From assembly GCF_009914755.1 (NCBI RefSeq), contig NC_060933.1: 64,000 nucleotides of DNA. One strand, written 5' to 3'. The notes below the pieces were generated by a model. That model was not told where the DNA came from. It ran no database searches and saw only the letters and a program-made list of their open reading frames with translations. The position numbers were made by a program, and so were the translations under genes. The stretch comes from the human T2T-CHM13v2.0 reference genome, Homo sapiens. Positions within the stretch are counted from its first letter, which is position 1. Every line of letters starts with the position of its first letter. Positions 46,401 to 62,347 of this stretch are shown one piece after another.

Positions 46401-46934
46401 AAAATAAAAGAATGATATGACAATGTACAATATATAAACAATCTCAAATTGTTTGATTTTATCAGACTCCCTCTCCACTTTCAGAAACAGCTGAGAGGGC
46501 TGTCACTGCACTGAGATTAGCATGGCATTCCAGAACTCGGGCCCGGTAAGCATCCAGGTCCAAGGGTGCCTTGGAGGGGTACACCTCACCTTTGCAGTCC
46601 AGGGCAGAGGAAGGCAGGGAGGCTAGGAGTGCAGCACTGAGAGAGCAGTGGCCACTGCCTTACAAGGCCAAGAAGCGTCCCATCTCCCCAACAACTGTCA
46701 GGTTCCTTCCTGCCCTGGGAACAGCTCTAATCTGTCTGTTTACCACCTACCTGCCAGCCTTCAGCAGGAATTCCAGGACTGCTGGGCCTATCAGCTGAAG
46801 TAGAGGATGAAAAAGAACAAATCCAAAGGCAGAAGAAATAGGACAATATGATAGATGGATTTGACAAGAATCCAGACCAATTGTGGGCAGACCAAGTTGA
46901 AAAGCGTGAGAGGCTAGAGTTATCTCAGCAGGGG

Positions 46935-47252
46935 TTTCGTTTTGTTTTGTTTTGTTTTGTTTTGTTTTTGAGACAGTCTCACTCTGTCGCCCAGGCTGAA
47001 ATGCATTGGTGTGATCTTAGCTCACTGCAACCTCTGCCTCCTGGGTTCAAGTGATTCTCTCGTGCCTTAGCCTCCAGAGTAGCTGGGATTACAGTTGTGT
47101 GCCACCACACCCAGCTAATTTTTGTATTAACACCGTAGAGATGGGGTTTCACCGTGTTGGCCAGGGTAGTTTTGAACTCCTGAGCTCAAGTGATCCATCT
47201 ACCTCAGCCTCCCAAAGTGCTGGGATTACAGGCATGAGGACTGTACCCAACC
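46935..47252 (-). mobile_element. Alu (S/Jb) with (TTTTG)n tail
   Basis: TSD atctcagcag (46922-46931 / 47253-47262). Confidence 0.92.
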
Positions 47253-47289
47253 ATCTCAGCAGTTATTTTAAAAAATGTTTAGCCTTCTG

Positions 47290-47868
<579 letters not shown>

Positions 47869-48170
47869 TGCATCTAAGTTGTCTGAGTGATGTCCTGCTC
47901 AAGTCCATAAGGGACTTGCTTTATTACAGAAAAGTGGCCAAACCCAGTAATATTGAAAGTATGGTCCAGGGACTGCTTCTGGTCAGGCAACTGTTTATTA
48001 CCAGTCTGTGACAAAGACAGAAATTGCCAGTAAGGTGTTTAGAAACTTTAATAGCAATATGATATCCCAATGGGTGATCAATGGACCCATCTTACTGAAT
48101 AGGGTAGAGACAAGTTTGAGTGTCGTTGCACTCACGTGGTGAGCTGCATGTGTCGTGGGCTGAGTGCTAG

Positions 48171-48425
<255 letters not shown>

Positions 48426-49209
48426 TAAATGTTTAAATCTTGTCATTGCCACCATTCTGCAAGATTTACCTTTGAATCTAGAAAAGAACTTGGAGTCTTT
48501 CTACTAGGCCTATCCCCACACCACTTCCCATCATAGAGGTGAAGAACCTGAGGCCGGGACACACCACAGGACTCTCAGGATGACACAGCCAGTCAGATTT
48601 TCCTGGCACAAAACCCAGTGTTCTTTCAAAGCCACCATTCTTTTCCTGTAACTAATGCAAAAGCAAATCTTAGCCCATGACAGGGAATCACAGATTCCAA
48701 ATGAGTGCCCTCAGAATGACTGGTTTCCTTGAAAGCAGCTGTTTCATAAACATGACTTTGCGGGGGCATCTCAGGCCTTCCATGCAGTGGAGTCTGCTGG
48801 TCTTGGGGCTGCTCTGTTAAGCAAAGGATGGGAACCAAAGGTACTGACATTTTAATATTAGCCACACAGATGTCTTGGCTTGTAATCTGGAGAAAATCAG
48901 TCAGTGTCCCAGCTGAATCTGTAAATAGGAACGACAATAAGATTTGCTCTCTCTCGGGACATCCTAAGAATTTTTGTCAGGCTAGAAGAGGCAGCCTGGA
49001 GAGATTTGTTTGATCTGGGAAAGCAGAAGTCAAACTTGGTTTTTCATTCGGTAAGATCCACTGTGGTTAAAATGTGGTCAGAGGGCTCATTCAGCCTCCT
49101 ACTTCAGGTCGAACTATACTTACCTTCTCTTACTTTTAAAGAAGGAAGGGAGATTCTGTAAATGAGTGGCTTTTCTTTTAGTCAGTGCTGTCATATGCCA
49201 TGACAATAT

Positions 49210-49879
<670 letters not shown>

Positions 49880-50030
49880 AATATTAATAGAGTCTGGCAG
49901 GGAGGAAGCATGACTTCATACTGGTGGTGAGTCAGAAGGGGCATCTTCATATTTTAAGGAAGGTGGCACTTAGATTCCAAGTGCGTCCTGTGTGCAGTGG
50001 AGTCATATGCAGCTCTAATAAAGAACATTA

Positions 50031-50350
<320 letters not shown>

Positions 50351-50805
50351 AAAGAACATTATGCAGATGCTTCTCAGGCTTCTCTTCAGATGGCAAAATC
50401 TCACTGGTTTTCAAATATCCTAACTGAAATGTTCAGTTCCAGCTATCTTTTGCTTCATCCAGTAATTAGTTTCAAGTTTTTTTTTGCCTCTTTTTAGATA
50501 TGAATCCCATGCTAGGTAACAAATTATAGTGACAGGAAAATGTGGATTTTTCCATAAAGTTTAAATATTCACCACTCAACCTTTTAGCAGAAAGCTCTGG
50601 GACCAACCTAGCATAAGTATAGAGTTGAGGGTTAAGAGTAAGCATTCTTCCCTTCGTCACTTATGTGGCCTTGAACCAATTAGTTAAGATTTTGTGCCTC
50701 ATTTTCCTCATCTGCAAAATGGAAATAATCATAAGGTATACTTTGGGGATTAGTGTGAGGGGCAAATGAGTTAACATGTATAAATTGCTTAAAATAGTAT
50801 TTGGC

Positions 50806-51100
50806 AGCCAGGCTTGGTGGCTCATGCCTGTAATACCAGCACTTTGGGAGGCTGAGGCAGGTGGATCACGAGTTCTGGAGTTCAAGACCAGCCTGGCTAA
50901 GATGGTGAAACCCCATCTCTACTAAAAATACAAAAATTAGCCGGGCATGGTGGCGGGTGCCTGTAATCCCAGCTACTCGGGAGGCTGAGACAGAGAATTG
51001 CGTGAACCCCGGAGGCAGAGGTTGCAGTGAGCCAAGATTGCATCACTGCACTCCAGCCTGGGCAACAGAGGGAGACTCCATCTCAAAAAGAAAAAAAAAA
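50806..51100 (+). mobile_element. AluSg-like, inserted in a MIR (~50615-50805)
   Basis: 'ggatcacgag'; TSD aaaatagtatttg (50791-50803 / 51097-51109). Confidence 0.92.
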
Positions 51101-52249
51101 TAGTATTTGACAATGACGATAGCTGCTGTTATTATCATGACCCAAATGCTATATTTGCTTCAAGCAAATGGAATGATTCTCAGACCAAATTTTTTCACCA
51201 GGCATTTATTAGAAGGAGGTTTCATGTAATTCTGAATTATGCTCCGAATCATATTCACTTCATTCAATATGAAAAGCAAGTATAGATTTACAGTTTAATT
51301 GTTTTGAGACAGGGCAGGATTCCTAATCACATTTTTAGAAATGACTTTTGTGTCTCATATTGTTCATCTCCTCTATCCTCTCACCAAGATTCCACTGTGT
51401 TTCATACCAGCTTGTTCAGTTGAACAAGGTGGAGAAGCCCATTTACTGTTTGGATTAAATTTTTTTATCACCAGTGTATGAGGATTTGCATTAAATAAAT
51501 TATAGGTAATTACATTAACAAACCAAGAAGACTTACAGTTAAAGAGGGCAAAAATATAATTTACTTAACTGCTCTATGAAATCTATTTGTGGATTTCTCT
51601 CTTCTCAAAGGAGAATTAATCAGAGAACAACTTTGTTGTTATTGTTGTTGTTGTCGTTTAAGAAAAAAAAGAAAGAATGAATGAAAGATCACATAGTAGC
51701 AGTGGTACCCTATTCACCTTGCAACAGTTGTACTCTGCGCACCTGCCCCAGGTTATAGCAACATCAAGGTCAAGCTCCCAATATTTCAAGTACAAATAAG
51801 ACTTCACCTGTGCACAAACATGTGCTTACACACTTCCATCCTCCTGAATTTTCTTTCCAGACTGTTTTACAGATAAGGAAGCAGCTCTCAAAAGACCTCT
51901 CTCAGACATTTGAAAACACATTTTTTTTCAGAGTGCTAAATTCATGCTTCTTATTTTATATATGTTAGAAATAAACACATAAATAATAAACAGTCTTGCC
52001 CGGACTGGTTCATGTTCAATTCATAGGCGCTGAGTATTCTTTATTAGGACATACTCACTATTGTTTGTTGAATTATTGCACTTTTAAGAAATCAATCTGA
52101 AGATTAAACATTAGGAGTCTCGATAAAAAACAAGTCTCTATACTTTATGAAGATCTTAGGAATTTCTAACTGACTTTGGAACAGCCATTTGTTAAAAAAC
52201 ACTTTCCCATCCCAAACTCCACTGACTCCATTTTTCTTCTGCACTAACT

Positions 52250-53565
52250 CTCCCTTCCTCCTCCCCCATATTTGGAGCAGCGTCTCTATGTCCCATTCAC
52301 TCTCCTACACCTGCCAAATCACCAGTGACTATTTAGGGGCTAAGTGCAAAGGAGACTTCTAAATCCTCACTTTCATCAACTGTTGAGCAGCAACGGAAGC
52401 TGCTGAATGCTCCCTATTTCTTCTTGAAACACACTCTCTCCTTGTTTACTTGAGATGACACTATCCTTCCTCTGTCCATCTGGGAAATATTGGTGCTTTG
52501 AGGTTCTTGACTTGGGGCTCCTTTCTTCACTTCTCCCATTCTCTGAGTGACATTGTCTGTTCCCATGGCTTCTGAAATATAGGCATTCTTTGATCTAATT
52601 TTTTCTCCAGACCTACCCATATAGCCAACTGCCCCCTAACCATATCCATTTGGATCCCCCCAGACACCTATAACTCAGCATGCTAAAAATTCATTAGTCA
52701 TTACTTTCTCTGATTGATTCCTTTTCATTGATTCTTAATCTCATTGAAAAACATCACCATGCACCCAGTTGCCCAAGTCTGAAATCAGGACATTGTCCTT
52801 GCTTCTTTTCACCCTTTCAAATCCTCTATCTAATCAGTAATTTTATATAATAAAAGGATTCTTGATTCCTTCTACACTTTTTCTTTCCCACTTCCATGAC
52901 AGTAGTCCAGGCCACCATTATCTTTCATGGGGATTGATGCAAGAGCTTCTCACCTAGTCTCCCTTCCCCTAGTGTTGTGTCCTTCTGACCTAACCTCTGC
53001 CACCCAGCAGAAGTATCTTTCAAAGTTCATATTTGATGATGCTACTCTCCAGCTTCAAACCCTTTACCTGTTTTCCTTGGACTATAAGATAAAGTTCAAC
53101 TTCCTTAATTTAGCTTAGAGAGTCTTTTATGATGTGACCTCCTCTTACTTCTCTGGCCTTGTCTCTCATAATTGTGTCATTCCATTGCTGACCACTCCAG
53201 CAACTACCTGCCATTCCTTGGATGTACCAAGCTCTGTCTGTGTCCCGTTCTTTGGATCTACTGTCCCTTCTCCAAGGAACGTTCTTCAGCTGCTCTTTAT
53301 GTGGTTAACTCCTACTGAACCATCAAGTCTCAGCTGAGATACCACTTTCCCTGAGCCCTAAACCCTGGTTTAATGTTTCCTGTGGGCATATTTACCTTAG
53401 AGCTTACTGTGTCATAGTACATTGGAAGCTGATTTTTTTCTCTATCCTCCTCTAGCCTCAGCTGCCTAGGGGTAAACACACTACAGTGTTCACCCTTGTA
53501 TTCTCAGATCTTAGTACACTGCCAGGCTCAATGGGTTTTCAAACATATTTACATAAAGAAAGAAA
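52250..53565 (+). mobile_element. Long L2 LINE fragment (3' ~1.3 kb)
   Basis: Pyrimidine-rich L2 motifs 'ctccctatttcttcttgaaacac', 'tcccatggcttc', 'caccatgcacccagttgcccaag' and 'gtccaggccaccattatct'. Confidence 0.78.
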
Positions 53566-55599
53566 ACAATGACAAAAGTGCAGATGACATGCCCATGGAT
53601 ACTCTGGACATAAATGCTTGTAATATTTCTCTCTGTAAGCGTTTCCAGTGGGAAGTTCAGCTTTTGTCTCAATTACTCTGATTGGCATGCAATCATGACA
53701 AGAAACTAAAGGAAGGAGATTGTTTTCTTGACATTTACTGAGAAGTATAGACAAGTACTGCCATGAACAAACATTCTTGCTAACAATTCTTGCTCTAAAT
53801 TGGTTGATATAACATCCACTTGAGTCAAAATGATTAAGTAGGTATCCATTGAGTGTCATGCATCGCAATGGCAAAGCATTGGAGTTACAGAAAATAAGTA
53901 AAATCATCTCCCTTGCTCTTACAGATCTGACAGTCTAGGCACCCAATAGATGGGTAAACAAGTACTGAGAGATGTCATACTTGTCCTCAAGATAGTAGAA
54001 ATTCAAGAAAGTAGTGACCATGGAGGACCTTAGGATTTGGGCTTTTACCCCAGTGGTGTTTGGCTGAGTTAATCTTTCTAAAATGTATTCATCATTCAAT
54101 CAAGTGCTTCTTCTGGAGGCCAAGCATAATTAGAGATACAGAGATGAAAATGACAGTCATTACCCTCACAAGACCTATAATCTACCCAATAATAATGGGA
54201 GGCAAGCCTTTAGAGTTTTTTAATTTGGAGTTTTCAGAGATTTCCTGAAGCTTCTGGACTGACGTTTCTATTGTACTTGAGTCCCATCATTTGACATTAG
54301 AAGATCTCCTTCCAAGAAATATTTCTTACCACCAAAAGACAGTTAACTTTGACTTCAGACAGAACATTCTGGTCTGCACCCAGAACCTTTAATACCTGAA
54401 TCTTTTAAATCAGTGATGGTCTCTTCTTCTAAAAAGTAAAAGGTAAATCAAATTCAGTATGTCTCAATTAATTGGAAGGGAGTTTCAAGCTCATAGGAAA
54501 TGAACTACGAAGCCATGTTGGGATATGAACTGAATGGTTGCTATTGAGATGGAGCAAATGTACCTGGATATCATTAGGTGGAACCAGACTGGAAAATGGG
54601 GGTCCTTCCTTGACCTCAGTGAAGATTTGGCCCTTTCAGCCTCAAGTAGTATCCCAGCTCCAGAACTGGACCTGAGTTACTGGATAATGCTGTCATTAGG
54701 AAACTGTGACCACCTAGGAGTTGGACTGCTAAATGGGCAATGTCAGCAGGTTGTTACAGATACTCTATGCAGACCAAGCTTATTTGGCTCTTCTCAGCTC
54801 AGCCACCTGTTGTAAACAGCTGAGAGGGGCTTAGCTCCACGTGGAGGTTGTCACTATCTCTGGTATGTTGTCTCTCCCTGGGAACGGACATGAGTGTGGA
54901 AACAGGGAGGACACAGTTGATTCCTGCTTTCACTGAGTCACTCTGTCCATTAGGAGAAACAGTCCAGGCATGGCCAGCCAAAGGGAGGTTCTTCGCAGGA
55001 TCTTCTGTCTCTTTGAAGATGGGATAATCTCAGGCCTAACCACAGAAGCAGTTCTGGAGAAGAGTCAGAATAGCAGATTGGAAACAGCTCACAGGGGCCT
55101 CTGAATGCTAAGTGGAGGGACTTAGAATTTATCCCAGAGGCCACAGAACACTATTAGAAGTTTCAGAGGTATAATAAAGGCCGTTGTGAGGTTAGGATGC
55201 TGGTTCAATGTCACAATTAGAGCAAGGCAGGAGGTAGAGAAGTCAAGGGCAGACTGGGAACCAGCTGGGCAGGCCACTCATTTTGGTTGAATTTGGCAAG
55301 ACTGAGGAAGACAATCTACCAATAGAGGATGGATGAGAACACCAGAAAGCAAATAAAACAAGTCATTCAAAAATCCCAAGATCATCGTGGCTGGGCCAGA
55401 GAAAGAATCAGACAGAAGCAGCGCACGGCTCTGGAGAGTTGCAGGGAGAAGCATTGCTGCATCCGCTGTCTCCTTTTCTTTTTCTTTTTTTAAATATCAG
55501 CAATATCTTGGATCTGAATAGAGTTCTATCACAGATTAGGGTTTCTCTTTCCCCAGGGTTCCCAAAGACTGAGCAGGATCTTATTACAGATGCAGCGAA

Positions 55600-55810
55600 A
55601 AGGGTACGTTTTTCAGTATCAGACTGACCTCATCTGAATCTCAGCCTCACATCTCATTAACTACATGGGACCTTGGGCAAGCTACTTCACCCATCTGCAA
55701 AGTGGGAATCAATGATATGTATCTCATTTGGCTGTTGTAAATCTTAATCAAGTTAATATATGTAAAGTGTCTCATCAGTGCCTAGCGCATAGTGAGTTCC
55801 CAGCTTCTAT
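55600..55810 (+). mobile_element. MIR
   Basis: 'gaccttgggcaagctacttcacccatctgcaaagtggga...gtaaagtg...cagtgcctagcgcatagt'. Confidence 0.72.
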
Positions 55811-55945
55811 AGCACCCTTTCATCTTTCTCTCCTTACAGCATCAGAGAGCTTGTCCTCTGTGGCTCCCGTTTCTCTCTGGCCAGAGGCAGAGCCTCCATG
55901 GGAGCATGGGAGGGATATAATCAGAACAGCAGCATTCTTTCATTA

Positions 55946-55953
55946 TGACGTCA
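55946..55953. promoter_or_regulatory. Perfect palindromic CRE (TGACGTCA)
   Basis: Exact 8-mer with an intact CpG. Motif only. Confidence 0.3.
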
Positions 55954-57227
55954 ATTCAGCCATCCCTCAATTTACTGAGCCCCTGAAAGGCCATACAGTG
56001 AGCCATCATTGTAATGAAGTAAAAGTAGCTGGATACTCCAGGAAGCCCTTCTAGTGGCACTTTGTTAGGTGAGATGTGTCAGCATTGACTTCTTTTGTAA
56101 GTGCTACTTCTGTTGAATTCAATGCGTTGAAAGGTGGAATGCATTGATGAATGTATTCAGTGCCTTGGCCACTTCTCAGTTAGCTTTTAGAGTAGAGGAC
56201 CTCATGGCCACATGACAGAGTCTAACTGTCAGTTTCCAGACATTTACTGTGCCCTTGGCCCTGCTTGGACTTTGGAAATCCAAAGATACATATGACCGAC
56301 GCCTGCTCTGGGAGGAATTCCCTGTCCATGTGGAACACATCTATGCCCTTCTGGTCCAAGTGAGAAGAGAACATGAAGGAGCAAGTGTGCATGCCCATAA
56401 GTGCCGGTCCCTACTCAGTTCTCACTCAGTCCCACAGATACCCAGGTCTACTTTATGTAGGTCCTTGTGTTGGTTTCTGGCATTGCTGAGATGACAGAGG
56501 CCCCAGTCTCTGGAGCCTCAGAGATTTCATGGACACCTTTTTCTGCTTGAGCTCATGAGCCAGATATCACTCCTGGCCCAGGTCACTGGGTTACCAGATG
56601 CACGGGTGAAAGAGCTGCTCTTGAGCAAAGGGCCTGGGACACACATGCCGGAGAAGCATGGTGAGCCAGCCGCAGGGAGGAAGAGCACTTTGCAGGAGCA
56701 TGCTGTGCGGGGTCTTGCTGCTGCTTTTCAGAAGCAGGAGAGCCATGAGCCTTGGGGTTCACATCAGCACCGAGACTGGCCTTTGGTGGCAGGGAGGATA
56801 TGCGTACCGGGAGGGGTTGGCCATACTGGACCACAGGGCCACTGGTTGGGTTGTTCATAATTGATCTTTGGGGACACTTACTGCAACCCATTTATTAGGT
56901 GCCCCCTCTAAAGTGATGATCTCAATGAAGATGGTTCACATAGGCCCACTACTTCTAGAAGGCCCGAATCCCTGGACCTTCCCAACCACTTTTTCTCCCT
57001 GTTCCTGGGTTACATGGCTTAGCTGGATATTTTTGCACACAGCATTAAGGGCAAGTGCACTGTTCCTTTGAAAACAACAAGGGAACAAGGAGTTCAGTGT
57101 TGTGGACATTTAATGAACTTTCTCCTCCTAAGTACACAATACCAAATCAGCAGAATCACAGCTGTCTCCTCCCAGCTTTACCTAAATTCCCACATGTGCT
57201 ACCTCAGTTAGGGAACTATGACTTCAC

Positions 57228-57246
57228 CTGCCACTAGATGGCCCTC
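57228..57246 (+). promoter_or_regulatory. Candidate CTCF site
   Basis: ctgCCACTAGATGGCcctc matches the core CCASYAGRKGGC at 12/12 positions. Motif only; occupancy is unknown. Confidence 0.45.
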
Positions 57247-59329
57247 CATGTGCACATAAGCCGCTCCCACATAGCGAACTTGCATCAGATTTTCTGGATT
57301 TTTTTTTTTTTTTTTACATGTAGACACACATGTGCATACACAATCTTAACTTTTACCATCCTTGAAGCCAATAATCAACACTTTAGTTTTCCTTCTGGCA
57401 TTCAAATGATAGAATGTATTCTCATTCTCTGGAAAATCAGTTTAACATCAGAATCTACAGATATTCCTGAATATTGTGGGCCACAAAGCACATATTAAGA
57501 TGAATTTGAATTTATTCTATTAAATAGTATGCTTTGGTTTATCTTATAAATGCTGTATTTAACAGACTTGTTTCTAAATTAAATTTTTTTAAAGCACTGG
57601 AAGAGAAAGGAAGCACAAACATTTGAATAGTACTTGCTCCATGGAGGCGGGCAGTGTTCTGAGGTATTTTAAACATTAGCTCATTTAAGCTTCATAACTT
57701 TGATGTAGGTATTCCATATGCATCATTATAACCATTTTATAGATTGAGGAGAAAATCAGATTGCAGCATGAAAGGTGTTTAGATTCCCTTTTGCCTTCCT
57801 GTCAATTTTCTTACCTATAACATGGGAATAAAATAATCCCTAATTGCTGTGAAAGGATGTTGTAAACTCTAAAGCATTACACAAATGTTGTTATTATTAT
57901 TATGACTTGGGTTTCATGGGAATATAATTTTCTTATGTGCTCAGGAGGCTTGTGATCATTCATTCATTCACATGAAAACATTTATGCAGGTCCCAGGTCA
58001 TTGCCTCTGCATGAGACGTCTCATACCGAGATGCCTGTACTATTTCTAAAACAAATCTAGTCTGTCTTGAACTCTCTTATAGCTGAGGGTTCCAGGGAAG
58101 TTGCTGTGTGCTTTCAGCAGGTAATTCTCCCTTAGTCTCAGGATTTAGAAATGATGGATGTGGTAGGACAACTTCAGGGGTGGGACCTCTGCTGAACACA
58201 GAGGTGGCCGGTGCTGATTTCACATAAGCCAAGCCAGCGGGAAGAGGCAGGCTGTTTTTTAAAATTATTATTCTGGAGCACGATGTACTATCTCTGTATC
58301 CAAGAGTTCACATTTCAAGTGGACTATCAGATCATCTCTGTGACAGAGGGCTTTAATTAAAAGCATAAGTCTCTGGGTGGATTTTAAGTGGCATTGTTTT
58401 TCTTTGGACGTTATGCAAGCCACTTCTGTGCTGTAAAAGGGCTTTTAAAATTTGGCTTAAGGAAATTTGCTTTACCCCTCAGGCTTTGATCCCTGCGTGT
58501 GAATCATTTTGTATCTGGAGGTTCCAATTTGCAGTCTCCTGGGTGTAAGGAAAATTCTACCCTCACAGAACATTTTGGATTTGAAAACTGAGAAATCTGC
58601 ATCATTCTCGACATAATAGCTGTTGTAAAATAGAATTAGGGCTGTTAAGTCTATAGGGATAAAGTTCACCAAAGAATATTTTAAACTTTAGTTTTAGTTC
58701 CTAAAGTTTTTGTCTCCAACTCCCATAATAAATGTACTGGGACAGTGACCTACCCACTCAACACCTGAAGCTCAGTGTTCTCTGCACTCAGGCCAGGTGG
58801 ACTCAGCCATCGAGGCCATTGTCCCTGTCCAGCCTCCCAGGGGGCACGCATGAGCCAGGGCCAGGATACAGATACTTCTGCCTCAACACCATCTGTACCA
58901 CCAGAAAAGGGCCCCAAAGGCCCTTCTCACTGCCATTTGTAAGGCAAAATGTCTCTATTTTATCTAAGACAGGAAAAAGGCAGAGAGATGCCAGAGAGAA
59001 TGCAACGACTGTGCCCGTGAGAAACCAACAGTGCAGGGTGGCGATCTACCCGCAGCACATGCAGGATGCAGCGTTAGATGCTGACTCAGTTTCTCAGCCA
59101 TACAGGAGAAAAGTTTCAGCATTTCTCAAACTCCATGACCATCCTTCAGTCGGCTACCCCAAGCCCCGTTTTGCTGCAGCCGGGTGAGGGCAGTAATGCA
59201 GCTCAGTAGGTTAAGGGGCCAGGCTGTCCTTGGACTTCAGATGATATCAGTTCAGTCCCTGGGACATCTTAAATTAGGGCCTCAAGCTTCAAATTCATGC
59301 CTTGGCCAACACGTTACCATAAATGATCA

Positions 59330-59505
<176 letters not shown>

Positions 59506-59698
59506 AGAAGAAATGGTCAGTTTACGTTGCATTTCCTTCTTTTCCTCAAGAAGAGGTGCCCCGTGGTGCCTGGGACAGCTGGGCCATCACATGGAAGTGG
59601 CTGAGAGGTGGGCTGGAAAGAAGAGGAAAATCCAGGGCTCCCACCAACCCCAGCCAATCTCTAGTCACTGGGCAACCTCAATCTACTTCTGGTCATAG

Positions 59699-60005
<307 letters not shown>

Positions 60006-60169
60006 TAGTTTTACACTTTAATATTGCCAACTTTTTTTCAGCCCAGCCTGTGCAGCCACACAAATGCAAAAAGGTTAGCTTAGGAAGTTGTCAACATCAT
60101 TATACTATAAAAATCAATAAATGGAACCTTCTTGCTTCCCACAGTAGTCCATGCTAAGCTTGGCTTCAC

Positions 60170-60850
60170 CATCCCTTGCTTGGACAACTCCTAATTGTTC
60201 TTTATGGTTTCACTCTGTAACCCTTTCATACATCCAAATCCGTTCTTTTCACATCTGTCCACATGGTCTTTCTAGAACATAGCCAATCCTATCACTGACT
60301 TAAAGCAAACACATAAACAGGCAGACAGACAAACAAGAAACTCAAATGGCTTTCTGTTACTTTCCGAATCAGACTCATTAGTGTGGCATTCAAGAGCCAT
60401 CATATCCTGAGCCTGATCCTCCCTGTCACTTTCTTTCCCTCATGAGTGCACTCAGATAGGCCAGTCCTACAGAGGTCCTCATTCACTCACTTGAGCCTGC
60501 CTTGCACATTTCTGCATCAAAGCCCCTTTGTCCATGTTATCATCCTAGCTTGAAATGCTGTCTGAACACCTCTATGCCTTGATCATTTTTCTCTTCAAGA
60601 TCCTACTGACATGTTCCAACCTCCTGAAATCCTGCCCTGCCTCCCCACAAGCAGAGTTACTCAGACTCTCTTCTTTGCATTCCTGCAGCATTTTGGTCTT
60701 GCAATTTGAGCTCTACTGTGCACTGCATTGTAACTATTCATATAGCTTCCTCCCTCATGAGATGATGAATTTCTCAAAAGTAGAGACTGGGCAGCTGTTA
60801 CTGAATATAGCCCAACACTTGCTTGATAATGCTCGATAAACATGAATGAG
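60170..60850 (+). mobile_element. L2 3' region
   Basis: 'gtggcattcaagagcc...tcatgagatgatgaatttctcaaaagtagagactg...tgctcgataaacatgaatgagtga'. Confidence 0.7.
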
Positions 60851-61879
60851 TGACCCAGAACATTTCAAACTTCCCTTCCAAGACCTGAAAGACTCATATT
60901 TCTGGGTGTTTTAAGCTCTGTGATTTCTGCTCTGGTCACCTGGGCCAGGAACTGCCTGCCTCTATTTTCATTTCAGGCCTTTCTCTCTCTGCCAGATGCC
61001 TTGATCTCTGAGCCGAGTATACCTTGACCCAAAGCCATGATGCAGCCCTCAGCTTCTGAGAGGAAGGGGTAGGGTTCAGTAGTTGCGCCTCTGAGAACAT
61101 GACAGAGAACAATAGCAGGAAGCAGCCAAGCGGGAAACAATCAGCCCGGCACAACCCATGTGGAGGAGCTTCCTGATTGGCTTGATCTGGTGGGAGCAGG
61201 AACTCTTACAATAACTCTGGAATTATCCCAGTGGGATGACAAATTTCTCCACTGAGGAGAAGCTGTCACCTGGTAATGTCAAGCACGGAAAACACAGTTA
61301 GCAAAAAACAAAACAAAACCCAAGACAAAGTTCTCTTGAGGAAGAGCAGTTTGGATCAGTTGGAAGCCTCCCAGCCACTGCCATAGCACCCCATGCCGAC
61401 CTCCTTCCTAGTCTCTGTTTCAGGTACAATTAAGTCGTCATCTCTACCTTCCGGATAGATATCATTCTGCCGTCCATGGCTCAAAGGTCAGAGGTGCTGT
61501 TTATTCTTTGGTGTCCTTTTGGGTAGTTTAGGGAAATCCATGCTGTAGGTGACCACAAGAGAGAATGTTCCCTTTTAGAACTATATTGATTGAGCACAGG
61601 CTGTGTGCAAATACTCTTCTAGGCACTGTGGATGCCATAGCAATACATGCTGTTTCTGCTTTCATAGAGCAGTGATTTCCAAATCCTGTGTATCCTATGG
61701 AAAGACCAAGCCAGGCAAGGGGTGGAGTGACAGGAGCTCCCAGTCAGCTTTCTCCTTAAACCACAGCAGCTCCCTTTGATCAAGATGTTGGAAAAGAAAA
61801 ATCTACCCCAAAAAGAGGAAATGCTGAAAACATTTGGATTGGGAGTGGTTTCATTTGCTCTTAGGCAGGACACACTGCA

Positions 61880-62130
61880 GGGTAGCAGTTAATATTCTAG
61901 GCTCTAGCTACAAGCAGACCTGGGTTTGAATCCCAGCTCTGCCACTTACTGGTGGAAGGTCATAAGTTGCTTGAACTCTCTCAACCTCAAGTTCTTCATC
62001 TGTCAAGTGCGAATAACAGTAGTAGATATTTTACCAAGTGCAAAGAATTGAATAATGCTTACAAACCATTTAGCATATCATCTGGCATTGTCTATTACAG
62101 TAAATGCTCAGTAAATGTGAACTATTTTAC
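61880..62130 (+). mobile_element. MIR
   Basis: 'cagacctgggtttgaatcccagctctgccacttact...agtaaatgctcagtaaatgt'. Confidence 0.85.
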
Positions 62131-62313
62131 CCCTGTTGTTTGACGTTAATTTTTTTTCAATGAATGACTCATTGAGATACTAACTCATGCGTCTTGAAAA
62201 CACTACCAGTCTCTCCAGAGTAACCTCCAATATGGACAACAGGCAAAAATATGGTGATTATTCCCAGTTTGGGCATTTGTGAAAGATGTGGCTGAGGCTG
62301 TATGGATGCGTGT

Positions 62314-62314
<1 letters not shown>

Positions 62315-62344
<30 letters not shown>
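62315..62344 (+). repeat. (CA)15 microsatellite
   Basis: Directly visible. Confidence 0.95.

Positions 62345-62347
<3 letters not shown>

Noticed and set aside
56118-56148. Short hairpin tcaatgcgtt / aatgcattga
   Set aside because: A 10-bp imperfect stem is expected by chance.
56760-56782. REST/RE1-like 'tcagcaccgagactggcc' (and 'ggacagcg' at ~43913)
   Set aside because: Only one half-site matches in each case.
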